Assembly (NCBI GenBank): GCA_000091205.1
Contig: AP006499.2
DNA: 64,000 nucleotides
Source: Cyanidioschyzon merolae
Lineage: Eukaryota
Reading direction: 5' to 3' (one strand)
Below are positions 1-10,700 of the stretch, piece by piece. How positions within the stretch are numbered: the first letter of the stretch is position 1; every line of letters begins with the position of its first letter. The position numbers and the translations under genes are program-made. The notes below the pieces were generated by a model. It had not been told where the DNA came from, made no database searches, and was given only the letters and a program-made list of their open reading frames with translations.

Positions 1-100
1 CAATGAAACTCGCTCTGGGTCACAAGGAGGTCAAAACTCCAGCGATGTCGAAAAGCACAAGGAGGCGTCTGCCTCATCTGGGCAGTCCGGGAGAAGCGAT

Positions 101-955
101 ATGGGTACGCGGGATATTGAATTTAACCTTGGCCCCAAAGGCGAGTCCCTTACTGCGTCAGCTACCGAAAAACCAAATCCATTCTTGGAATATATCCGCT
201 CCTTGTCTCCGCCAGAGACTTTGAAGCGTTTTGCCGAGTCGGCACCCAAAGAAGTTCAAGCTGCCATGAAACAAATGGTCGTCAACATGTTGGGCAACCT
301 GCCGCCTTTCGCGTATGCAGTTACCATCACCACGCTGGGGCAGCGTCTAGCGGACCTGCTGTATTCTACAGCGATGACGGGCTACATGTTGCGCAATGCT
401 GAGTACCGTCTCTCGCTGACGCGCTCGTTGGGATACTGGAGTCCCAACGATAATCAGAGTAACGAGCGGTTGCGGCAAGAGATCGAGCGCATAGCACCGG
501 ATTCTGTCATTCGTCTGCGCAACTCGGATGGCACAACCACCGAGGTTCCCGCCGCGAAATTCCTCGGAGAGCTCTGTGAAGAAGTGCGCGCTCTGAAAAG
601 CGAATTAGCCCAGTACGAAGCGGGAAGCAATCGGATTCTCTCCTACATTCGCTCTCTGAAACCCGAGAACCTGGAGCAGCTGACAAAAAGCGCAGGCACT
701 GAAGCTGTAGATGCAATGAAAAGGACAGTGAAAACCTTGCTTGAGCAGTCGGGAGTTAAGGGCGAGCTTCCAGTCACCCTCCCGGCAGCTGAGCTGTCAT
801 CGCTCCTCTTCTGGCTCATGGTTCTCGGATATGATATTCGAGAAAAAGAAGTGAAAATGGATTTTGAACGACAGTTTCATAGGGGTTATCTATCGAGTTC
901 GAACGAACAGAAACCGGAGGACGAAGGAAGCGGCCCGGACGCGCCTCAGCCGTAA
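101..955 (+). CDS. DUF760-family protein (plant/cyanobacterial-type; chloroplast proteins in land plants); the frame is open upstream to the window edge, so it may be 5'-truncated
   Basis: 284-aa ORF with DUF760-like conserved blocks (e.g. ...FLEYIRSLSPPE..., ...LSYIRSLKPENL...), an apparent internal duplication of the domain. The reading frame carries no stop between position 2 and 101. Confidence 0.55.
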   Translation: MGTRDIEFNLGPKGESLTASATEKPNPFLEYIRSLSPPETLKRFAESAPKEVQAAMKQMVVNMLGNLPPFAYAVTITTLGQRLADLLYSTAMTGYMLRNAEYRLSLTRSLGYWSPNDNQSNERLRQEIERIAPDSVIRLRNSDGTTTEVPAAKFLGELCEEVRALKSELAQYEAGSNRILSYIRSLKPENLEQLTKSAGTEAVDAMKRTVKTLLEQSGVKGELPVTLPAAELSSLLFWLMVLGYDIREKEVKMDFERQFHRGYLSSSNEQKPEDEGSGPDAPQP

Positions 956-1067
956 AAAAGCGAGGCAAGTCGATGGCTGACAAAATTTGTCGCTACTGTA
1001 TTTGGGCTGGGACGAGGAGGTCCTCGGAGCGCGCTGCATTGTCGCTACGACATCGTCTGAGCATTGC

Positions 1068-4000
1068 TTACAGTACCGGAATAGTTGACTGCTTCTGGGC
1101 AGCATCCCATTGGCGATAAAGTTGATGCCATCGACGCAAACGCCGTCGACGAGCTCGCTCGCTTGCGTGACGTTGGTGGCTGGCAGCGGCCTCCATGTGC
1201 GATGATTCCCCTGAGAAAGAATCTTGCTTACGTCGTAGCAACTCGTCACATGTTTCTCCAATATGGACCAAACGATTCGTGTTGAGAGACATTTTCGATT
1301 CGAGTCCGTTCGAAATCAGAACTTGAAGCATGAGCTGCCTTTTCCAGGTTTCGTAAAGCGATATTCGATCGGGATCCGATGACGTAGCGTGGCCAAGTCG
1401 GCGACACCAGGACGCAAAGGATCGCTCCAGCGGCACGTTCACAACAGAACGCTCGAAGGCGTAGAGTTTGCGGGCATCAACCGCCATCGGCAACATATCC
1501 AGCGTGTGTTGGTGCTGGTGTTGTCCTTGCCAAGCAAAGAATCCTAGATAGCTGGCCGCCGCTTCCGCAGCTGCAGCGGTATCGCGTCGACGTGGAATGC
1601 CCTCATCGCTTGTCAGCAGGGTTACAGTGAGGATTGCTGGAGTCGACGCCAGCGTGGCTCGATCCTCCTTGGGTTCGAGGTCACTGGCGCCTGACCCCAC
1701 TGGCCCCGGAGCGTCCTGCACCTGGAAGCGATAGAGATTCCCACCGCGCTCATCGCGTAGAATTTGTAGCGCTTTGATACAGTACGACACCTCTGCAATA
1801 CATAGAGCTTGCGCTTCCGCGTCGGTAACGCCATCACCATCAGGGACCAGACCGCGCACGAGATCCTGCTCTTGAGCAAAATACAAGGCAACGAGTCTCG
1901 ACTGAGCCGTGTTGTACGCTTGTTTCACTAACTTGAATAGCACCTTGTCTAAGGTAAAGAGCACGTACGATTCAGGCCCCAGTACGCGGCGGCAGTAGTC
2001 TTCATACTCTTGGCTATCGATGGCATTACTCAGGTACCTCCGGAGCATGTCCATATATTCTCTGTATATGTCCGAGGGGGCGCGCAGCGTCGCCTCCGCC
2101 CTCGCTTCACCTTCGGGATTGTAGAGGGAGTCGGAGATGGATTTGAGGTCCATGGCCGCCTCAGGCTGACGTTGCTCGTTCATTCGAGCTGATCGTTGCC
2201 TCTCGTACTGGGACTGCGCCATCTGTCGAGCGGCGGCCAGACGCTGGAATGCGATTTCGTAGAGCCGCATGAGAATATACAGGGACTCGTCGGCGAAAAG
2301 AACCGAGTCGTTCCGATAGCGCATCCTCTCGACTCTTGCATTGCGCTTCGGACCCGGCACAGAAGTCGACCCGGTTTCCGCCTTGATCGCTGGTGCCTCT
2401 CCGGGTCGCACACTGGGCACCTCCTCTGACAACGACAGAATGACTGGATCGAGGCCATTCCCGCCATCCCGTGTGTCCATCTCAGCACAGAAGTTTTCAT
2501 CAGGCGATGACTTTCGCGAGACGCTGTCGGAGGCCGCCGGCGAGTCCCCCGCTGAGCGCTCATCTGCAGCACGAGCCAGCTCATTCCGCAAAAGGCCACT
2601 CACATCCGCAAGCTCCGAATCCGTCTCTTCGCGAACGACGGGCGCAGTGCACTCGCCAGGAGTCTCGACTGCGCGAACACCAGGATCATGCAAATTGATG
2701 CCAAAGAATCTCCCGAAAAGCTCCGCATAGAACTGCAAGAGATGCGCACATTCCATCGGCCCGTACTCTAGATGAGACAAAAACGACACCAGTGCATATA
2801 GGTCCTGATGCGCCTTCTTCAGACGGAGGCGGAATCGCAAGCACGGAGGCTCTAGCGCCGACACCACCGCAAAGGGGTCGCGTTCAGGCGCCGCCGCTGA
2901 ATCGCCACACGCAGCGCTCAGTGATGCGTGCGCGCACTCGAACGTGCCCCCGTGGACGCACTGCAAAGCAACTTGCCGAGCGCGCCAACTGTTTTCGAAC
3001 TCACGGCTGAGCGCAGGGTGTCCGAAACCGCAGCCGAAAGCGACACAATCACAGGAGCCAGCCATGATATTCGCGGCAAAGACAGCGACCGTGATCGCTT
3101 CCATGAGCGTCCGGACCTCTGCGATGTCGTGGATGTCCTGGAGGAGGCCACGGACGCTGATTGTGCGCTTATCACTCTGTCTGAAATAAAAGCTTCGGTG
3201 ATCCAGGCTCTTGAAATAGTTGCGTTCACAGATTTCTCTCCAGAGTTTGTTCATTTCGACGCGAGCTCTTCGCCATTCCTCGTCCTTCTGTTTGAGGCGG
3301 TTCAGGACAATTGGAACTGCCACACTTGGTTGCATCTTCACATGCATGACCATTTCTGGGCCGTGTGCTCCATAGACTCGCTCTATGGCCCGGTAATGCA
3401 CTGCACTGAGGGCGTGCTCGGCGAGCATATGTTTTGCCTTTTCTTCGTCGCTCATATGGGCGATCACCATGGCCAGAGGTTCAAGCTTATGAATCGTTGC
3501 CGCATTCGTCTCGATGACCATATCCAGCTCGTAGCGATCGTCTTCACATCGAAAGAGATTGTCTTCAAACTGATTGCGACGCATGTGCTTGAACGAGCCC
3601 TCCTCGCTCCCGGTCGGCACTGACACCCAGATATCGTTCAGTACCTGTTTCTCAAGCTCACCGCGACCACTACATGGCATGGATTGAAATTCGGAAGGTA
3701 TGCGTTTGTAGCTGGTGTCACAACGTTCCCGGGACTCTGCTGCCGCCTCGCTGAGCGACTTGTAGCGCCAGAGCCCGTCAACCGGGGGGGCGGTCGCCGA
3801 CGGTGGAGCACGGCCCTCTAGAATCGCCAGCGCTGCCTCGACGCCCGACATTGCACTTTCTGCATCGGTTGGATGCTTGGACCTGCGTGCTGGGGCACAA
3901 GCATCCAAGAACGTGCGGAAGGCCTCGCTTAAAATATGCCTGTGTCCGAAAAGTTCATCAGCAAGGCTCATCAGCTCTGTTCTGCCGATAATCTCCTGGT

Positions 4001-5723
4001 TGTAAAGACTCAGGCACTTGATGAACTCATGAAATTGATGTGCTTCCATGCGCTCCCGCAATTTTTCGAAAAAGAGAAGCTCGGCTCGAGCTCCGTAAGA
4101 AATGGGCGAAAGTCCAGACAACGCAGTAGCAGCCGTTGAAGACGCGTGCGGCGCTGTCGCAATCGTCTGTTCCAGGTGCTGTGGAACGAGTGCAGCCTGG
4201 AGCGGAGCATCACGCCCGTCGAGGCTAACTCCCTGCGCAGTTTCGCTGCGTCGACTCCTTTTGGTTCGCTTTGTGGGTCCTCCCGTCGCACCAAGGTTGC
4301 TCGCCGCTCGTTTTGCCCAAGTTATTTGTCTTGCGCTCTCGATTTCATCCTCCACAGAATCTGGAAGAAAACTCTTGAACTCTTCCAGGAGATCTGGATG
4401 ACCGCGAAAGATCTGAGAGACTTCATCCAGCACGCTGAATTTGTCCTCTCCGTCGCGCTGATAGGCCTGCAGAATGTTCAGAAACCTCTGGTAGATTGCT
4501 GGTTGGTTCTGAAAACGCTGCTTGACTTTGTTCACGTATTGGATAGCGTGGTCGAATTCCTCATTGTTGAACGTGGACAAGCTTGGTGGTACCCCAACGG
4601 CTTGTGCGTTCACGACAGCTGCACTGTCGGCGACGGTATCCGCAACACGTTGCGGGACGTGCAGCTGTTTGGGTTCCTGCGAAGGCTGAAACGCTCGAAA
4701 CGCTTCAGGTCCAGCTCTAATGTGGGCGTTTCCCATGGCAGAAGACATTTCAGCGACTCTGTATGCGTCTGGAACAGCATGCTGACTTGGACGAGTGATT
4801 GCGCCTGGATATGGAGCGCGAGCACGGGTATCCTCTGCAGCGACCGTAATCTTCGCATCATCCCTTTCATTTGCAGGGCCGGGTGTTTCTGCGTGAACGG
4901 GTGCTGCATCCAAGCAGTCTGAGAGCTCAATTTTGTATCCCGCCGGCAGAAAAGTGTTGAAGCCAAGCACAAGGTTGGGATAGCCGCGAAAAAGACGCGT
5001 AACTTGCTCAATTACGCCTGGTGTATCGATTGTTTGCGCCTTGAATTCTTTCATGATGTCCAGGAATTTTGCATAGATTCGCGGCCGATCCTCGAACTGG
5101 GCCTTCACCTGCTCTAAATAAGCCAGAGCGTCCTCGACTCTCAAAGCTCGCGCCTGCGAGCCTTCCTCGGTCTCAGCAGGTTGATTCATTCGGTCAGCAG
5201 CTGCACTGGTCTCCTCGGACTGGGGATCGAGCTTAAGCACCGTGCGTGCGGCACCAGCTCGTTCTGTGCTGTCGCTCTCGCGTTTCGAGCTACTATTTTT
5301 ACCGCTCACCGTCGGTTCAAGGTTTTGCGTAACCTGTTTCTCTGTAAACTCTAAGTGCGTTTTGTGCTGGCTCGAAGTAGGCGATATAGGCTGGGTTGCT
5401 GTCTCCCGAACGTGCGAATGCGCACCCTCAACTAGCGTCGCCAGTTCATCTTCTATTGTTCGTGCACCTTCTCTCGGCATGGTGTCCGCCGTGACATCTC
5501 TGGGCACGTTTTCGGTCTCCGAACGTAGCGCTTCAGCGCGTTCGCTACGATCATCTGTGCTTTGCAAAATCATCCCGGCCTCTTCGCTGCTTCCGAGACC
5601 AGCAGATCCCTGCGGACGCTGTGGTTCTGCCTCAACGCGCAGAGGCACTGTTTGCGTTTCTGGTGGCACCAGTGATGCCTCACCCGAGATCCGCTCCAGT
5701 AATCTATCTTCAGACTCCTCCAT
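1068..5723 (-). CDS. SIN3: Sin3-family transcriptional co-repressor (paired amphipathic helix protein), encoded as one uninterrupted ORF
   Basis: Two clear PAH repeats ([32 protein letters not shown]...; [32 protein letters not shown]...). Sin3 HDAC-interaction domain (...[66 protein letters not shown]...) plus a C-terminal Sin3-C-like region. 1551 aa with no in-frame stop. Confidence 0.8.
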   Translation of the reverse strand: [1551 protein letters not shown]

Positions 5724-5889
5724 CTATTGTGGCGAGTTGGCTTTTGCCCAGGTTGCGACCAAGGCAAGCTCACGACTATATTTCCACAGCAGTGCTGGCT
5801 TTCCTCGAGCGAGAGCAACCTGCGCGCAGCAGTCTCAGATCCGACTCCGCTTCCCCGGGGCGCGTAGCTTCTAGAGTGGTGAAAACATT

Positions 5890-6170
5890 ATTAACACAAT
5901 CCGTGACCTGTATTGAAATTGTGCAAGCTAACCAGATTCAAGTAACGGGTAATAAATATAAAAATAAATCTTATCGTCGTCATTCAGGACGTCCAGGAGG
6001 GATGAAGATTCGTTATTTTTATCAAATAGGTGGAAAAAGAGCATTGGAACATGCAATTAAAGGTATGCTTCCAAAAGGTGTGAAAGGTCGCCAATTGTGG
6101 CGAAAAATTCGTATAGAAGCTTAGAAAGAGTTATGTATGCCATAGGAAAACGTAAATGTGCCATCCCCGG
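5890..6170 (+). pseudogene. rpl13: Plastid-derived DNA fragment (NUPT): the 3' two-thirds of rpl13 followed by the first ~12 codons of rps9, then decayed
   Basis: AT-rich island (~35% GC) in ~52% GC surroundings. Translation ...VTGNKYKNKSYRRHSGRPGGMKIRYF...AIKGMLPKGVKGRQLWRKIRI matches bacterial/plastid L13 (VTGNK..Y..H.G.PGG.K......AVKGMLPK...GR....KLKVY). A stop is followed 8 nt later by MYAIGKRKCAI.., matching the S9 N-terminus (Y.TGRRK.AiA), and then similarity is lost. The rplM-rpsI order is bacterial/plastid-like. Confidence 0.55.
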
Positions 6171-7127
6171 GGAAGCAACCAGCCTGTATCGTGTACCAAG
6201 CTGCAATCCATATTTGTGCATATTAATTCTAAACATTCCACGATTGAACTGGATCCAGTGCAGCCTCGAATCGCGATGCCACCCTGGCGGCTAACCTGCT
6301 GCGCGTACCTGGCAGCTAAAAATGATTCTTGTTCCTCTAGTTGCTTTCAACTTAATTCAGTTCCAACCCCGCTGTATAAAATCGAATGATTTTTCTCAGT
6401 GTAGAGCACGAGATCGAGGTCACTATGTAATTTATTGTGTACATCTTAGATGAATAGCCTGTAGGATATATTCTTTAGTAAACAATCCCTGCAGGACTGT
6501 ATTTATCCTTCAGGTCAGTCATACAACAGTACTCAGACGGCTCAGGAACACTGAAAGAAAGGAGTATATGCGCTCCGCGCCAAGTACCGATATTCTCAAA
6601 GCATGGTTGCGGTGAATTGTAGGAATTGGACCCGTTGATCGTTTTTTACGGAAAGCAAAAGCGAAGATAATAGCGAACACGGGCGTCACTTTTCTCACGA
6701 GCTTGTTCGGGTGGCGCTGAAAACAGAGGTATACTGCCGGAGAAAAGAGCCCAGTCTCATGCACGGCAATCTCCCGCTGAAATCGCCTCAGCAGAACTCC
6801 TGGAACGTTGCGATCTGTAAGAAGTAGAGGAACTCCGGATCGTTTTCTCTGTCAATCAGACTTTATTAGGAAAATACGGTCGGTGCGTGTATGGGTATTC
6901 GCAGAGCAGGCAGCCGGTTGTATGTAAGATGAAACTCACAGAGAACGAGGATATTATCATCTATTCTAGCTGCGGTGGATTTACTTGGCGGCCTCGGTTT
7001 CGCTCGTAGAAGAGAATCATGCAACAGCACCTGCTACGTCGAACCATTGAAGACTTTCCCCTGACGTCTCACGACGGCCTTCTATTGGACACCGTAGCAT
7101 TGCAACATTCCCCTTGCGTTCGAGCTC

Positions 7128-7790
7128 TTGCCGATCCTGTCTGGGGTAGAGCTGCTTTTCAATCCTTCATACACTCCCTGGAAAAATCCAATCGAAGGAA
7201 TGTTTTCTATTGTGAAACGTACTGATCGCTCTACTGGACGAATCGCTGAAGATCTCAGCACATGGTTACACCGAGGCACATGTCGCATGTCGTCCGCAAG
7301 TCCTCCTCGCTCCAGGAAGGTCCTCACCTCAGGGCCTAAAGATTTGCATTCATTTTCAAAAACCAAAAATCTCAGGGATGAGCTGGGGTGCACGCTTCAC
7401 AAGGTCGAGATGGAAAGAAGGCAACGGATCGCCTCGGCGATGGAAATGGACAGAGACATCACAGAGCTGCAAGTGGCATTGAGGGCGCGCATTCGAGGAC
7501 TCCTTGCACCGATGAGTATCACGAGTGAGAAGAAATGCATGGAGTTCGCGAACCGAGATTTCAGCGCCATCGTCAATATCAGATGATGTGCGGTGCTGAA
7601 GACAAGACCCGAGGAGCTGACGTGATCCACTTTTTGGGGCAGTATATCAGGCTCTAAGTGTACAGGGATAGAAACTGAACCTGACAGCAGGATATCGGTT
7701 GAAAAAGGCTGGGGCATCCGCGAATGGGCGAATATATACCATCCATAGGCGTGAAATGTGTATCCTTTTTCCTGCAGTATGTATTCATGC
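7128..7790 (+). mobile_element. 3'-terminal remnant of a TnpB/Fanzor-like (OMEGA-type RuvC nuclease) element, copy 1, degenerate
   Basis: ORF end ...DELGCTLHKVEMERRQR...RGLLAPMSITSEKKCMEFANRDFSAIVNIR is homologous to the zinc-finger and RuvC-III ('NRDFNAAINI') region of the 29.5-31.7 kb copy. The downstream ~220 nt is conserved with the other copies (..gatccacttttt...tgaacctgacagcagg...ttgaaaaaggctgggg...). Confidence 0.5.
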
Positions 7791-10700
7791 ATTCATCACG
7801 ATTAGGTGGATCGAGTGGCGACCTCTCGTTCGTACGCTGAACGCGCGTCCGAACAGCAGCTTTGCTGGAACAGGGGCAGTGCTTTGTTGTCGAAAACAGG
7901 CCGAAAACCAAGCCGCGGCTTGTTGCCAGTCAGCATTTTCCCGAGAACGATTCCCATTGATCGACATCGTAAATTTGAATCCGAGATGCCTCCTGCATGA
8001 AGCTTGCTACGCACTGGGTTTTGCTCCACTCGATACAAACCTGCGCAATCTTTCCACGAATGCTGAAGTCCCAGTTTCGGAGCAACGAGTTGTACTATGA
8101 ATAGAGCAAACTTGCAACCAGTTCATGATTTCGTAAACTTGCACTAGGGCGGCTGGCAAGAAACACTGGCTTTTCGATACGGCGCATGCTGAGCGATATC
8201 AGCCCGATATTGAAATACGGTATTTTCTTCTCGTGAAATGCAGCAGGCAGCCCGCGCAGAAGGAACCTGAGCCGAAGCATCCCAGAAGTGCCTTTCGGGG
8301 AGAAAGCAGCAAAGTACATGACAAATTTCTACGCAGATCATTATGCGTATGGCCTGGCCACATCCAGCGGGCATCTTTGTGAAACAGCACTTTCATAAGA
8401 CGCTGCTGTGAAAAGCCCTTGAATGCATCACTATTTCCAAGTTCTGCGCGTGCGCCGCCACCGATACAGCATCTTCGGCTCCTTTATGCATGCACGCAGA
8501 TACATCCACGTCAAATTCAAATGGAACCGGGCACATTCACCTAACACGGATGTTTACTCTAAAGTTTGGGTCCGGTCCCTTTGCCATCAACACCAGCATT
8601 TGCGGCATTTTTACGCGACTGCTTCCTCTTGCTTTCTCTCACCGCCGGCTTTAAATATGCAGGTCTTTCCATTTCTCCAGCCGCGTTGCCAGAATTCGAT
8701 TGATCTGGATGACAGCATCAAGGTCCTGATTATGATGCTTCCGGCAGCTGCCGACGCAATTAAAGCAGATGCGGAAGTTGCTATCTACACCCTGCTTGCC
8801 ATTTTCATCTTCTTCTTACATCGCCTCGGTGTGCCCATTGCAGTAGATGCACTTGGCTGCGGTATAAAATTCCCATGGTTACACCACATATTCTCCTCAT
8901 AGGGCGGCCCTCTGAAGCGTGAACGTTTACTTCATCGCTTGCAGTAGGTCGATGAAGAGTACTTGAGGCTCCCCTCGGTTGCGTTCTCCGTTTCCGATCC
9001 CGATATCATGCCCCAAGATCATAAGCTTTTCCGGGGCAATCACATAAACGAGCTATCTGTCCGATGCGTGAACGCGCACTGTTCCATTCGATAAAAGATT
9101 TGTGGAATTCGATGTTGTCCATGGTGGAACAAATGCTAGAAGGGAAATTCGCGCAAGCGATCGAATCGAGAAATTTCGATCCGTTTACGCTCCATTCGTG
9201 CAAATTGTTGAAGCACTGTCGACTAGAAGCGATCGCTGCTATGATGCGAGTCCGAGTCCAAGAGCCTTTTCTATGGAAACAGAAGATATGGAATCATCTG
9301 AAAGATATCCATGTAGAGGTATGACGCTGGTGTGGACTGCATTTTCGTCGATAGCCACAAAAAGATGAATGATTCGTCTTCCGGAAGAAATTGATTATAT
9401 GGAATGAAATGCTCAGTATGTGTTCGGCGTGAGCTCGTGAAGAAATCGTCATGGAAGGTGACCGAGTGTTTTATTTCGTCCATAGAGCAGCGCGGATTGC
9501 TGCGCCCAAGATTTGCGTTGAAGTAGAAAAAAAATTCTTCGAAATTCCTTATTTGACTATGCAAGAGGTAATAAAAAGATAAGAAAGAATTCTTTTACAC
9601 ATGGATTGGATGATCAAATTGTTTATTCGAAGCACCGTCGTTTGAGGGTGTCACGAATACTCTTTATAACGGTGACGTACCAAAATTCCAGGGGCAGAGT
9701 GTCGACAGTGCTACTCCAAGAGAACGATCGCAAACCCCAAACTGCTTATGCATCCATCAGCCCTTGGTGCTGTGCATCGAATGTTAAGGCTGTACATCTA
9801 TAAAGAAGATCGACAAAGTCGACATGCATAAAGCGAGTGCGCGGCTCAGTTTCACATTTAAATTTCACTTCAGGATTATATCAACTCTAGAGGGCGTACT
9901 GGGCATTCGATAATTGTCCAAAAACGCAGCGCGTCACCTCTGCCAAGTTGTGAAATTCCATGAAGTACAGTATGCGTTCCGTCATGCTGTCGCTTCCACT
10001 AGAAGCACCCGCGGTAACATTCCGTGGGAAAGGATGCGCGGCTGCGCATTGCATGCAAAACAACTTGGTTGTGAGAGAAGAGATCGCTGTTTGAAATATC
10101 CATCACTCTGCATAGCCAACACGGATGCAAAGCACAAGATCTCCAGCGAATCTTCTCGTATAGAGTGTTCTTCTGTCATGTCGCCGTCATTAACAAGAAG
10201 AGCCCTTGAATCCACATATCTTTGGAGCCCAGTAGAGATGCGCAGCGCTCTCGAGCGCAGTATCTGGCGAGGATATCTCTCCTCATCCTGGGTTCGGGGC
10301 TCTTTCGCAAGCTCCAGACGAGACTCTCACTCACGAATGTAGAATGACTTAGCCTCATCGTAGTTCATCACTTGCCACGGAAAATCGTTCCCTGCGTATA
10401 CATGCGACGTTGAAACTTTGCTGGATTAACGAACAGTACCACACCAGCGACACGTGCCAGTTGGGAATCGAGTGCGATCACTCCTGGCGGCTGAGATTCT
10501 TCTCGACGGTCGTCTTCACCGTTTCAGCGCAACGCCGACACTGAGTAATGAGCGATTTCCTCGAAATTTCGCTTGAGACAGAGCTGCTGAAAGCTCAGGA
10601 AGCACGAGAAGTTTCCGGACGTTGGTCGAGATCTTCAAGTCACGATGCAGAAACCGCTTGCCGGAATGCGTAAAGTTGGAATCACAGCCAAGAAAGCATC

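Noticed and set aside
2928-4922. Several 200-260-aa plus-strand ORFs (2928..3623, 4146..4922, 5242..5874) inside or adjacent to the Sin3 locus
   Set aside because: They are antisense to a well-supported 1551-aa Sin3 ORF, have no motifs and have skewed composition. Classic shadow ORFs.
6097-6389. ORFs 6097..6294 and 6156..6389 as a possible intact rps9 gene
   Set aside because: Only the first ~12 codons match S9, and the remainder has no S9 blocks (no GGG..GQ..A.R.G.ARAL, no C-terminal KKxGxxKAR). Treated as a decayed NUPT tail, not a functional gene.
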